Positions 1 to 12,434 of a stretch of 60,552 nucleotides of DNA are shown here, piece by piece. Both the position numbers and the translations under genes were made by a program. Below the pieces are notes generated by a model. That model was not told the DNA's origin, did no database searches, and saw only the letters and a list, made by a program, of their open reading frames with translations. Numbering within the stretch: position 1 is the stretch's first letter; the number at the start of each line of letters is the position of its first letter. Source of the DNA: Phoronis australis (taxonomy: Eukaryota; Animalia; Phoronida); assembly GCA_002633005.1 (NCBI GenBank), contig NMRA01000229.1, forward strand, positions 9,628 to 70,179, given 5' to 3'.

Positions 1-14
1 AAGTTGAGCCTACC

Positions 15-232
15 AGGTTACTTGTCTGTTTGGTAACCTACTTAATCATTTGCCAACTTACTTGTTCGTTCAACAGTAGGCACTTGTTTATCCGACAGAA
101 TCTGCAAAGTTGTCTTGTCTGTTTGGAAAACCATAGCATTCTTGACCTGTTTATTTGATGAATCACTTGTCTGTTTAGCAAACCACTTGTCTGTTTGTCA
201 AACCACTTGTTTATTTGGCAGTGTTGTCTATT
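15..232. repeat. Degenerate ~20-bp-period repeat (core ACTTGTYTRTTT), probably the subterminal array of an element that truncates the Gypsy pol
   Basis: About 8 copies, e.g. tacttgtctgtttgg (19), cacttgtctgtttag (164), cacttgtctgtttg (184), cacttgtttatttgg (204). Gypsy homology only starts at ~255. Confidence 0.5.
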
Positions 233-254
233 TTGAACCTTTTCGCTGCCCATA

Positions 255-1095
255 CTAAAGCAGTTCAAAGAAGCCCAGCATGAAGATTCATCAATGAAAA
301 AGCTGTGGGAGCAAGCTGAAGCCAAGGTTAAGCGACGGACCAAAGGCAAGGGGTCATACGTGATGGAGATTCAACGAGGAATACTCTATCACATGTTCAA
401 AAAGAAAGACGGTGACGAGGTGAAACAAGTTGTCGTGCCGAGCAGTTTACAGAAGTCCGTGATGAGGCTTGCTTATGAGTCTATACTCGGTGGACACCTC
501 GGTGTTAGGAAGACAACTGACCGTATCACCAGCAATTTCTATTGGCCAGGAGTGGCATCAGAAGTGACCCGATTCTGCAGATCATGCGACATCTGTCAGA
601 AGACTATCCCTAAAGGTCGAGTGACCAAGGTACCCCTGGGAGAGATGCCTTTGATGGAGGAGCCTTTCAAAAGGATCGCGATCAATCTGATTGGCCCGAT
701 AGCTCCAGTTTCTGACAAAGGAAACAGATACATTCTCACGGTGGTAGATTTCGCTACCAGGTATCCCGAAGCAGTGGCGCTACCAAAGATTGAGACAGAG
801 TGTGTGGCTGAAGCATTATTAGAAGTCTTCAGTAGAGTAGGGTTCCCACGAGAGATCCTGAGTGATCGTGGAACGCAGTTCACAGCGGAACTGATGAAGG
901 AGGTCAGCAGGCTTGTGAGTGCAAAGCAGCTGTACACGACCCCTTACAATCCACGCTGTAATGGGCTCTGTGAGAGAATCAACGGTGTTCTAAAGGCCAT
1001 GCTGAAGAAAATGTGTTAAGAAAGACCAAAGGATTGGGACCGGTATCTGCCAGCTGTCCTGTTTGCTTACCGAGAAGTCCCGCAAACAAGCACAG
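255..1095 (+). mobile_element. Ty3/Gypsy LTR retrotransposon pol, integrase N-terminal part (HHCC zinc finger and DDE core), inactivated
   Basis: ORF 294-1019 has GGHLG...FYWPG...CDICQK, ILTVVDFATRYPEAVAL, ILSDRGTQF, TTPYNPRCNGLCER. After an in-frame TAA at 1017 the frame continues ERPKDWDRYLPAVLFAYREVPQTST to 1094. Confidence 0.93.
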
Positions 1096-3136
1096 CATGA
1101 GAAAAGCTCGCCTGGTCTCCAGCTACATGAGTACAGCCCTCATCCTCAGGTTTTGTTTATAACCTAGAAAGTATCAACTTACCAACCCCCTGTTGTCACT
1201 AGTAGCAGAAATAGTAAACATTGGAACTTGACACCTAGCCACAAGCCGTTAGCTGCCAGGCCTATTATTCTGTGCACTAGGAAAATTATTTTTATGAACT
1301 ATTTGAAGACTTTTCGTTAGAAAAAACAAGAACAGCACAAAAAACAGGGTATTACATAACATCGAAATTTTTTTCTACACCCAATACTTATGATTTTACA
1401 AAATGACCAGTTGATATGAAGGCGGTGTATGAATACAAAAGTTGTAGAAATTGTGGGTAAATATCCTAGTGTTTTATTTCAAACATTTTAAAATTACTTT
1501 CATTCGTACACTGTTTAGAACTCGATTTTACTTTCGTAACAGTGGATATAATATTTTGACAGGTATATAATATACTACGAACTATTTTACTTGAGTAATG
1601 ATACTGTATTTGCATGGGTAAGTTGGCTTAGTTTAGTCACTTGTGTCATTCATGTAAATGAATAATAGTGAGTAGGACAAGAAAGAAAACAATGGCAGAA
1701 TTTCCTAAAGTTGGTGGCAGTTGCTAAGCTGTCCACGAATGTGGACATTGGACAAACGGAATTATTGTATGAATTCCAAATGGTGACTTAATCGTCGGAT
1801 GATTCCCGGTTGGCCCGGTCAAAACATCAAACGGTTAGTGGAAGCCGAAACACGAAACGATTGCTACCAAACCAACAAAAGTGAGCGAGGTAAGATAATA
1901 TACTTTGCTGTTTTTAAATGTTATGCATAAAACTTTTGTTGATGAAATCTAGTTTTCAATGCCATTTATATTCTTCAGCTGAGCTCAAGAAACGTAAAAA
2001 TTAGTTTTCTACAAAAATACTTTTGAGAAACCTCCTTTTTGGTGAAACATTGGATTTTAGGGTTAGAGTGTCGTAGAAATTCAGAAGGCTGGTTATTTTT
2101 TTCCACGAAGTCGCACTCTTTTAATGGTATTAAATGAGATACTTTTTGTTTGTTAGTTGTCTTCAGGACATTATTAATGACAATTTATACAAAGAATGCG
2201 TGAGACATTATTAACCCAAATAAGCCCATCCGGTTTTTGTTTATTCATTATGTATAGCTTTTATTTGAATGTGTAGGCTAAATACTTGTTCATTGAACTC
2301 AATCAAAGTAAAATACTACTTGTTATGAACAATAAGGATAAAAAACACCCCCTCAACAGGCTTCCTGTACATTTCAAGTAATTCAAGTTGAGAAAAACGT
2401 TATATGCATCCCAAAATATGACTGAAGCTATGCAAGGTGACCTGACAGCTTAGGAATGCACTAGTGTCACAATTTTATAAATTGTTCTTTTTTCATGGTT
2501 GAATGTGAGGTCTGTCATTAGGTAACTATAAAAATTCAAGTGTGGATCTCAAAAATGATAACAAAAATCCATTTATTTGCATCTTTTTAGTGGTTTTCTT
2601 GCTCCCAGAACTTGTTTTGGTTATATGTTCATGCATACTTCCCCCATATACTTGTTTAACAATATTGAAGTAAACAAGTCAGTTACACAGTGGTCATTCA
2701 CAGACCAAGGGTCATGATCCATATGGCTGTAACTGTGTATTGCATGCTTCAACATCATAGTTCCTGGAATTCCTTGTACAGTAGTCTGTACCCTGCATGT
2801 CTTTGTTTATTTTATTTGAGCTGCATCCACTTCAAACATGCACTGAGACTGTTTCATACATGACAGTGGAGACATAACTAGGAGAAATAGATCGGAGACT
2901 TCAGTCACAAGACAGCACCAAAATACCCCCAAAACATTGAATTTACTATGTATGTACTACCAGTACCCAATGCTCTTCAATTAACTATTAGTAACATTTA
3001 CACATGCAATCACTAATTGGTTATTCGTTTCATGTCATGTCAGTGCCTGTTTCATTAGATTTTGGCACCCAGGATACTTTATACCTTTTTGGTATTAAAT
3101 GGATTAAAGACAAGAAAGAGTTTCAAATATGCCAAA

Positions 3137-3408
3137 AATGCACACACCAGCTTAAAATATGGTGGGATCTAATTTTTGGTGTGCGGACCTTTTACTGAAA
3201 AAAATCAACGAAGACTAAGAAAATAACGTGGCCAATAGGTTCATACCTACGGACGGTGCATCCGCGCCGAATTCCTGTGGGATTTGTGGATTTTTGTCTC
3301 GTTTACTCGGATTTTTGTTTCGCTGAGGCGGACCTGTTTGCCCAATTTGTCAAACTGGGGAGCTCGTTTGAGCCCCCCGAGCCAACTCCCCCCCTGGGTG
3401 CATTCATG
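3137..3408 (-). mobile_element. MITE, CATGYGCGCACCCAG family (hAT-like)
   Basis: Ends ...CTGGGTGCATTCATG; internal GAGCCCCCCGAGCC shared with copies at 45823 and 53644; flanks ccaaa/ccaag. Confidence 0.6.
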
Positions 3409-5135
3409 CCAAGCAGTGAACAATAATTTGCCTACATGAAAAAAAATTCTATCTGAGGCAGAATGCTGACGTCACACACAGAAGGGGATCAGACGTACTC
3501 GTTAAAATGTTGGTTCTATAATCGTAAAAAGTAACCCAAATTGAGGTACACGCGATGATAATAAGAAAACGTGGCAAAATCCGAGAGAATTTACCATCTC
3601 TCACTAAGTCTAGATCAAATATAAAATCATACTTGTGTTCGATCCTGGTGCGACTATTACAGCAAGTTAAAGTATATACCCTTACCATGGACTTAAATTA
3701 AAATGGCAATCCCGGGCAGTCTGCAAAACTTGAACTCTGATATTTTTAAAGAACTTTCTATCAATGAAAAAATATAAAACAGTTTTGTTGTGGTAAAAAG
3801 CTCATTTAGTCCGTAAAATTTAAACGAACTAAACAGAAAGGAAAGATCAAAATTTAAAAAAAAACAACGCTTTACCAATGTTTGCATATATCTGAGATTA
3901 AAAAAAACTGTTTAATAAGCTTTAAAATCTTACTGTTGAAGAAAAAGAATACCCTACTCTATATGAAACGTGAATCACTCAGATTATCCACTCATAAAAA
4001 TAAGCCCCTTAAGACAGAGCCAGAATATTCTCATTAACATCTAACTTGCGCAGTACAACCGTGTAATGTTGTTATAACTTTTAATTTGTTTGAGTTTGTT
4101 TTGGTCCGTTGATCTTAATGTCATCACTCTAAAATCCCTCGGCCATATGTTGCTGCCAGGGATAACGTTTTTTCAAATTAGCGTTGTTGTTACTAAGTTG
4201 TTTCTTTATTGAATGCTGTCATGAAATCCATGTTCATTTTCAAATTACTTTTAAGGTAGCACATAGCATAGTACTATTTAGCTAACAGATTTCAGACCGT
4301 AATTGTCTTTGTTAACTTGTTTTATTTTATAGGAGCAAGTCCCTTCCAGTATTCACACCATGTTTTGTTTATATCTGTAGTAAACAGTGACCTTCGGTTC
4401 ATTCATAAAGCATTGCAAGAGACAAGATGATCACATGTGGCAGAAAAAGTGGTAGCTGCTTTCTGTATGACTTCGCAGGAGTGATATCGGTTAAAATTCA
4501 ACAGAATGAAAAAATAATGAGCGTTACCTAAACAGGAACATTGGAGCTTACAATCACCAGCTGTGGGGACCCAAATCAGACTTAAAGTAAAATACGCAGA
4601 ATTTGACTGCTCGAAGGCAAACACATTTCCTTTATATGTGAGATACTATGGACATTTTGTTTTATAATATCGTTGTCAACTTCGTGTGGTTGAAAATATT
4701 CCTATACAGGTAACTGCTAAAAATTTCAGTGAATGAATGTGTTTGTGTAGTAAACCAAGTGAAAAATTATAATTCCGATATTCATGTGGCCTGCTGAACA
4801 TCCATTGATTGTCCTAAAACTGATATCTGTGTATACACCAGTTTATAAGTGTTTGAGTATGTGGTTCCTACTCTAAATCACCTTGTTATGTTCGTTTCTG
4901 CACCACTATACTTCTGTCATCAGTGAATGAATGATTATTGTTCTTCTGGATCTATGTTGTTTTAATTATTCTCAGCAGGTCTGCTGGATGTTAAAGTTTA
5001 ACAATGTGTTCAGTTCAAGCAACTTTGATTCTGTTGTCTCTCATTAGATGTTTGTCAGTTTTTCTTGAATAAACAGGTTGTGATGAAGAAAAATATTTGT
5101 TTTTATTATTTTACATAAGCTTAGTTGGTACTGAG

Positions 5136-5342
5136 CAGTGGCGGATCTACGTTTTTAGTAAGGGGGGCGGCAGGGTAGGATTTGCGCAAAGTTGAGGCGC
5201 CCCCACCCGTGTAAGATTTTTTTGTTTTTTAATATCTGATTTCGTTTTCCTGGCAACTGTTTTTTTTATTTTTTTTATTTTTAATCGTGTCCCTGGGGGA
5301 GGGTTGAATCCCATGAACCCCCTCCCCGTAGATCCGCCTCTG
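5136..5342. mobile_element. hAT-like MITE (CAGTGGCGGATC TIR)
   Basis: CAGTGGCGGATCTACG ... CGTAGATCCGCCTCTG inverted termini. Confidence 0.75.
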
Positions 5343-5782
5343 CAGTAGAACTACAAGTGGTACTTGAATTCATTGTTATCTCTTGGACCTTACTGCGTTC
5401 TGGTTTTATCTGTAGGTTTTGAAGTTTCTTCGTTTACGTAGGACAATGCTTTGATTAACATCTGCATAAAAATACTGAGATTCTGAGTGTATTGTTAAAA
5501 TAGGTATTTCGGGTCTTCAGTTGTCTCACTGGTTCAGCTATATAATTTCTAGCTGCTGTTCACGTTACCACAGAAAGCTTGCCATTGCTATAAACTGTGT
5601 GTCAGTTTGAGCCATATCCCTCAAATTGTTTATAAAATGCAACACTTGGAAAGTAGTTCTATCCAGTCAGTTGTGGTTTTCAGTATGGGTCTGATGTGTC
5701 TGTCAGCAATTAGCCTGGTGTTTATTGTAGTTGTTTATGATAAGGGCCTGAAAATTCTGAGACCAGGCGAACTTTCGTCATG

Positions 5783-6259
5783 GGATTTTCACCCTTTGAG
5801 TTGCTATACGGCAGAACATTAAGAGGTCCGATGCAAATACTGAGCGAACTCTGGACAGGGGAAGACAGCAACGAAGTCCGGAATACTTACCAGTATGTCT
5901 TCGAGCTCAGGAACCGCTTAGAGGAGACCTGCGAGTTGGCTAGAAAAAGTTTATTCAAAGCACAGGGTATTCACAAGCATTACTACGACAAGAAGGCCAG
6001 AGATAGGCAGTTTCAAGTGGGACAAGGAGTGTTAGTATTACTTCCCACAGACCACAATAAGCTTACTCTGCAGTGGAAGGGGCCTTACAAGGTTAAAGAA
6101 AAAGTCAATCGTATGGACTACAGAATCAACATGAATGGCAAGATTAAGATCTTTCATGCCAATTTGTTGAAGGCGTACCACGAACGCGATGGCTTAAATA
6201 CAGTGAGCTACATACCTCACAGAAGAGAAACAGTGTTCGCTGTTCAACGCTTTCAGTAA
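5783..6259 (+). mobile_element. Gypsy integrase C-terminal part (GPY/F module), continuation of 255-1095
   Basis: GFSPFELLYGRTLRGP...YYDKKA...FQVGQGVLVLLP...KLTLQWKGPYKV...FHANLLKAY, then stop. Confidence 0.92.
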
Positions 6260-6376
6260 AGATTACTTAAGTTGAGAGCCTGAAAGTCAGGGAGCACTTT
6301 AGCGGTGGATACAGCAGTAGATTATATATGCCAGATGATTTTGTGTTAGAAAATTATCTCTTTGACAGGGGTGTGT

Positions 6377-7139
6377 TGTCAGAATATAGTCTGACAGTAT
6401 TTTTAGTTGTATTGTTTTGTTTTGTTATTCTGTTTTATTGGCATGACCCCTGAGTTAAGTACTGTGATGATGTAACTTGTTTACTACAAAATAGTGTGGA
6501 ACTTTCTAGAAGACTGAGGTCAGAACAGTGATGATGTAATTTGTTTACTACAGTATAGTGTGGAATTTTCTAGAAGACTCTAGCATGACAGTGATTAATG
6601 CAGTCTGGAATATTCTAGAGACTAGTGCATGTTTGTAGAATGATTGGGTAGGTTCCAGAAAGTTCTGGTATGTGCTTGAATTGATGAAAAGTTCCAGAAC
6701 AATGCATTAGGCTATAAATACACAAGCACGGGTTTGTGTTAGTCAGATTAAGTGAGTTGAGTCCAAGAAGATCAAGTCGAGAGATCAAGTAAGTTCAGGC
6801 AAGTTAATCAGGAGAACTACAGTTGAGTTGCAGTGAAGAAAATCAGCAGTTACAGCGATAGTCAATAGAGAGCTAGTTATAGAGACAGCAGGTTATTGAA
6901 TCGAGTGTAATAGTTGCTGGAAGTATTTCAGAAGTTCAACACAAGTCAAGGCTTCGCAGCACTGGCTGGAGCATAAACAGACTTACGTCGGACGTTTTGT
7001 TTGAGTAGGCTTGTGAACGTACGGTCGGGATTAATAAAGGATTAACTCAAACCAGTCTTCAGTCAATCTTCGCACCGAAAGCTATTAGCACCGGTCTGTA
7101 ACAACCTGCGCCCACCCACACACGGGGAAAAACGTGACA
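6377..7139 (+). mobile_element. 3' LTR of the Gypsy element (~763 bp)
   Basis: Follows the purine tract GACAGGGG; TGTCA...TGACA termini; TATAAATA at ~6713; AATAAA at ~7033; internal ~64-bp tandem duplication at 6461-6580. Confidence 0.8.
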
Positions 7140-7759
7140 CACCTAATCTTGCAGCCATTGGCTGGTTTGATTTATTCAGAATGATGACTGTTTATATAAG
7201 GTGAAAATTCTACAGTTTCAGCCAGTCTCTTAAATTTGGGACGCAGGTTTTTAAATTGAAATTGAATTTTCTTGATTCTGAATGTTGGGACATGAGCAAT
7301 TTTGGCATTAATTGTCTTTCTTAAAATATTGGACACTGTAAATTTTATCAAAAGTAAGAATCGACTGGTCATAAAATCATCAAAAATAGTTGCCAACGCA
7401 ACATTTACATGGTTTCCCATATTGTATAAAATTGAGACGAATGATCGTATGTCTGTAATTTATTGCAATCTCTATCCTTGTGCTTGTAAAATTTATTTTT
7501 CATTGTCCCTAACAGGACAACTTTCGTTGAATGTTTTTATGCTCCTAATTATACTGTCATGATAAATTCGCGGACTGAAATTGCGATGCTTTGGTGGTTG
7601 AATCATGCCCAATAATATTGAAATATTTTATTGGCCCGAGTTTTACCTGCTCGATTCTTGGACACACCTTAAACTTGTTTAAAATATTACCTAAATGTTC
7701 AGTAAACACACTGACAAGTGTTAATGTTGTAGTATTTTCACCTCTTGTTTGTACTGCAG

Positions 7760-7893
7760 GAAACTGTGCGGCTGACTTCTACTGTACTCTAAATGCCAAC
7801 AGAAGTTCACCCACAGATGGCGTTACTGGTGATATATCCCCACAGGCCGTTTTTGTCCTAATGGCACAGCTGTTCCACTACCTTGTAATGATG
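7760..7893 (+). pseudogene. Cys-rich gene exon A
   Basis: tgcag|GNCAADFYC..SPTDGVTGDI/frameshift/TGRFCPNGTAVPLPCND|gtgagt. Confidence 0.8.
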
Positions 7894-8675
7894 GTGAGTC
7901 ATATTTTGCTAAATCATGGCCGTTTCCTAATTTATGAAATATGATTACTTGCCATGTCATGGTTTTCATTTTGAAGTGGCGGAAAGAATGTTGAACTAAT
8001 TAGTATTGGTGTTCAAATCAGGGGAAATGTGTTGCTTGTTGAGCATGGAGTTACATGGTGCGCCTAACTTATGACTGTTCGAGTTGTGATGAGTTTGTGT
8101 TTACGATGCTCTAGAGTAGTTGAAAATTTTAATTTAAATTAGTTTTCTTTGACTTTTGTTCATTTATTAGCCAACTAGAAGTCATTTGACCTGACTTTGA
8201 CCCCACCCTTTGTAATAATAACAATAGTGATTTTTTTTAAATTTTTGTTTATGAGAAGAATAAATTTGAAAAATTTGCACTTTATGTTTCACCCAGCAGC
8301 AATGGCAATACAGCGTTCCTGTTATCATGTCATGAGCTTTCCTATCTGTTAAAGTTTCACCCAGTTTGTGGTTGTTAATATGTGGGCAATCAGCGATCAC
8401 TTTCTAGATAAACATTCGTCATTTGTTGTCAACCTTTATTGAAAGAATGATGGAGACCTAGAAGTACAAGTAAAGAGAATGCTTACTGGATAGCTCAAGG
8501 GTAATGACAATGTACTATAAACGGGATAAAAGGGAATACTCGTGGAAAAGGTGATAATCCCTACCTCTATGTAATATCAACGTGTAGTCACTAAGACAAT
8601 GGTGGGAAGCTAGCTACAGAGACACCTAGTGGTTATAGTATAAACTATTATATAATTCTCTACTTTCATTTGCAG

Positions 8676-8894
8676 GCTATTACATGAATCATACCCAGGC
8701 AGAGGTGTGTGACCCATGCCCACCACGTTTCTACTGTGTGAACAAGGACCGCGTGGACTCTTGTCCCCCGGGCAAGTACTGCCCTGGCACTACAGGTTTC
8801 AATCTGCAGTCATGTCCAAAGGGTACCTATAGCTCTGGTGTAGAGCTACAGGATGCCTCAGAGTGCACTCAGAGTGCACTCAGTGTGATGGAGG
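8676..8894 (+). pseudogene. Cys-rich gene exon B
   Basis: tgcag|YYMNHTQAEVCDPCPPRFYC..CPPGKYCP..CPKGTY..ECTQ, duplicated CAGAGTGCACT, CDG|gtagg. Confidence 0.8.
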
Positions 8895-9105
8895 GTAGGC
8901 TTAACAGTTCGTTTATGCAATACTTTATACTTACACGTGCCTGTTTTCTGATATGAATTTTGAATTCTGCGTCATCAGAAATCTATGTTATTCAAAAGTA
9001 TATTCATGTCTGAAAAGCATAATGTGTGCAGTTTACATTCATTGGTACTCAACTACCAATTGGTGTCAAATGCGGTTAAGTTTTGGAACTTGCTTGTTGT
9101 TACAG

Positions 9106-9221
9106 GTACTACTGTGAGACAACTGGCCAGTCATCAACCACTGGAAAATGTTACCTAGGATTCTATTGTACGGAGGGTGTAGATACCCCAGCGCCGTCCA
9201 ATAACAACACAGGATTTGGAG
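9106..9221 (+). pseudogene. Cys-rich gene exon C
   Basis: tacag|YYCETTGQSSTTGKCYLGFYCTEGVDTPAP..GFG|gtgag. Confidence 0.8.
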
Positions 9222-10008
9222 GTGAGCCAGAGTTCATTACATTTGACTCTATTGTATTGCCACATTTCTCTGTTTTAATATCAGAGACTTCACTTTTGTC
9301 ATAATGCATACAGACAATGTAGCAGTTCTTTTGCTAAGGAAACTCTTGTTATGCTGTAGAAAAAGCATTTTAATTGTGATGGTAATAACTAGTATGTATT
9401 TATAATTCTCCTGAACCAAACCATGTTTTTATCGTGATAAACAAAACTTTTGACTTTGTCCATTTAAGCACCTTCAAAGATTTCTTAAGCTAAATTCTAG
9501 TTTACTGTACTTTGTAACCATGTGATCACTCATTGATATTCAGACAGTATTTTAAATGCCTGGGTTACGCAGTTCTCTCATTGATGTTGACAATCTAAAG
9601 CTTAGCTCTCCAACAAGTTTCAGCCTCTAGCAGGGACTCTACATGCTCAAGTTAACAAAGTCCTAATTACTAAATAGTGCAAAACTGTTAGTGTAGTTAA
9701 GGCTTCTGATACATGCTACTAGTGTTTGTTTTCAGAATTATAGAAATTCAGGAGATCTTAATGTTGAATAGTGCAAAATGTCCTATAATAATAGTTAAGA
9801 ATCAGAGATGTTACTTAATAAATTTTGAAACATAAAATAGTTTTTAGTATTTTTGTAATTGAAATTCATGTGCATATGTGACATAAGTGTTGTTTTGACA
9901 ATGTATGTATGATGGCCTACAATAAATTTATTTTTTTAATGTTTAAAGCCAGTGTTTGCAATATGGGAATCTTGAGCAGTGTGATATTTGTCTTTCCTTC
10001 TCCTGCAG

Positions 10009-10175
10009 GCTATTGTACCCCTGGTCATTACTGCCCCCAGGGCTCGTCACATCAGATTGGTTGCCCTGCAGGTACCTATGCCTCTAACTCCCATCAGTCA
10101 CTGTGTAAGAATGTCGGGCTGGCTACTACTGCCTGGAAAACTCAACCACCTATGCAGACACTCCCTGTCCAAGAG
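10009..10175 (+). pseudogene. Cys-rich gene exon D
   Basis: tgcag|YCTPGHYCPQGS..CPAGTY..CK/frameshift/CRAGYYCLENST..PCPR|gtttg. Confidence 0.8.
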
Positions 10176-10679
10176 GTTTGTGTAAAAATAGATTTGTTGT
10201 GAAAAATAACTGGCATTTTCCTGTTAACATTTGTATGAATACAGAATGCACATTGTCAGCCTTGATGAGAACCTTTTGTATTTTCATACAGCAATAGAAA
10301 TATGAGCTCTTTTAGCTTATTGTCAACATACAGCCTACAACATGAAAGTTCATTTACTAAGCGGTAGTTAAGATTCGTTTGCCACAGTGTATTTTGTGGA
10401 AATTGATATCTTTGACAAACACTGATTGTAAAGTACAATTTATCATTGAAATTAGAATGCATTTCAGAAACTCACCGATTTAAAAATGAGTTTTATCTCG
10501 GACAAGTCATTATTCAATTCTAGCATGCTTATTTTTTCATGTTTCTTTTAATGTTTTAAAATGAATTTCTTTGTGATTACAGTTACTGTAAAGTTTTTAA
10601 CATTACCATTTTTAAAGTATTACTACACTTGTCTGTCCTTTACTACATGTCGTTACCATGACAATGCTCTTCCATACAG

Positions 10680-10790
10680 GTGCCTACTGCCCTGCGGGTA
10701 CAAGCTGGGCTAGAGAGTACCAGTGTCCAGCAGGCACATACAACAATATGACCACTGCTCAGGCCCAGACTGACTGTTTGGCCTGTACAG
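10680..10790 (+). pseudogene. Cys-rich gene exon E
   Basis: tacag|AYCPAGTSWAREYQCPAGTYNNMTTAQAQTDCLACT|gtaca. Confidence 0.8.
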
Positions 10791-11187
10791 GTACAGATTG
10801 ACACTAAGCTGGTGTAGTTGTGAGAAGAATATAGTACAGTAAACCAACTCAAACATTAAACATTCTGTTTACATGTGCCTACAAAACTGGAGTCTGATAA
10901 AATTTCTTTCAATTCCTTTCGTACATAAACACATTTTAAAAAATATTCATTATGTCCACGTGTTTAAAACAAAAAGTTTTTGATCATTAAAATTTAAGTT
11001 GATGGTACCTTAATTGTAGAAAAATGCTAAGGCCTCAAATAAAATTGATGAAAAATTCAACCTTGGTTTGAATAACTGCAGCAAGCTGAATAATGAAATC
11101 ATAATTTCTCTTTTAGTATGTGAACATTTAGTAAATTAGCTTGTGAAAGAACTTCAATACCCCGTTGCCTCATTATCAATCTTTTAG

Positions 11188-11373
11188 CTGGTAAATACTG
11201 CCATGGCCTCGGGCTGGCAGAGCCATCTGGTGACTGTGCCCCAGGATGGTATTGCCAACGTGGTGCCTATTCAAACAAACCTCAACCGTATGTGAACACA
11301 TCAGAGTCGTACAGTGTGAATGGAACATGTCCCATCTACTCCATGAACTTCAAGGGTGGCATTTGCAGAGCAG
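11188..11373 (+). pseudogene. Cys-rich gene exon F
   Basis: tttag|GKYCHGLGLAEPSGDCAPGWYC..GGICRA|gtgag. Confidence 0.8.
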
Positions 11374-11395
11374 GTGAGATTATTTGTGTCCTGGG

Positions 11396-11901
11396 CAAGG
11401 CTTGGAATTTTCTGCGGAAACGCGGATTTCCTCTTTTTTCAAATGTTCTGTCCGCGTATTTTATTATATTTCGGGGAAAAAAATCAGATTCGATAAAAAA
11501 TTTCTGCGGCAAATTTCTTTTTTACCGCGGCGTTGCCGACGACTTTCACCTCGAAAAGCGGAAGTTGCTCTTTATGTTTCGGAGGAACGTAAATTGTCAA
11601 CATTGCCGGAGCACCTGGGATAGCGTGGTGGATTTCTTCAATGGCGTCTCGTGTGATTGTAAACTGCGGTGACAAATACTACGACTCTGCAGTCAAAAAG
11701 TTTGGAGCTGAGAGTGGACGGACGAGCTGAAAAGACGCAGACGCACACTTCTGGAGGTGGTACCTTTTTTATTTATTTATTTTTTTATAGTCCTGATTTT
11801 TGTCGGCAAAAGGTCCACATCGACATTTTCAAGGATGGGTGCGCGCATGTTTAGGGCCGTAAAAATTTCCGCTCTTTTGTCATGGGTCATTCCAAGCCCT
11901 G
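11396..11901. mobile_element. hAT-like non-autonomous element with 6-bp TSD
   Basis: CAAGGCTTGGAAT ... ATTCCAAGCCCTG; CCTGGG on both flanks; both ends match the element at 58436-60021. Confidence 0.75.
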
Positions 11902-12183
11902 CCTGGGTTACAACCTGAAATGCCTTCCATGGATCCTTTTCAAGTGTTTAATGCCAAAATCTGGTGAAACAGCATTCAGTTACTGAAGTATGTGTATGCA
12001 CTTAAACCAACTTCTGCATTGAGGCTTTAAAAATTACTAGTGAGAAGTTATAATGACCATTCCTACACATGAGAGATTACTTTTTGATTTGTCATTGAAA
12101 GAATTTGGGACTTCGTGCAAATTTTAATTTTGGAAAAGTTGACTATACTGCATTAGATTCATTATTCGCTTTTCCTGTTTTAG

Positions 12184-12399
12184 GCTACTACTGCCCCCAG
12201 GGCTCAGATCGTGAGACCCCCTGCCCCCTTGGTCAATACTGCAGCAGACTGGGCAATCCCTCACCCACTGGTAACTGTACTGATGGTTACTTCTGCAATG
12301 GTACGTCTGCCATCTCTAATCCAGTGGAGTGCTTTGTGGGACATTACTGTCCTGAAGGAACAACAGTGCAGCAAGCTTGTCCACCAGGAACTTATGCCA
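12184..12399 (+). pseudogene. Cys-rich gene exon G
   Basis: tttag|YYCPQGSDRETPCPLGQYC..CTDGYFC..CFVGHYCPEG..CPPGTYA|gtgagt. Confidence 0.82.
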
Positions 12400-12434
12400 G
12401 TGAGTGTGACTCCATACATAAAGCATGGTATACA

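Larger units (their letters stand above)
1096..5782. mobile_element. 4.7-kb non-autonomous TIR DNA element with CATG termini, inserted in the Gypsy integrase
   Basis: Left end CATGAGAAAAGCTCGCCTGGTCTC vs reverse complement of right end CATGACGAAAGTTCGCCTGGTCTC (21/24). It splits the integrase motif ...QTST|GFSPFELLYG exactly. Confidence 0.85.
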
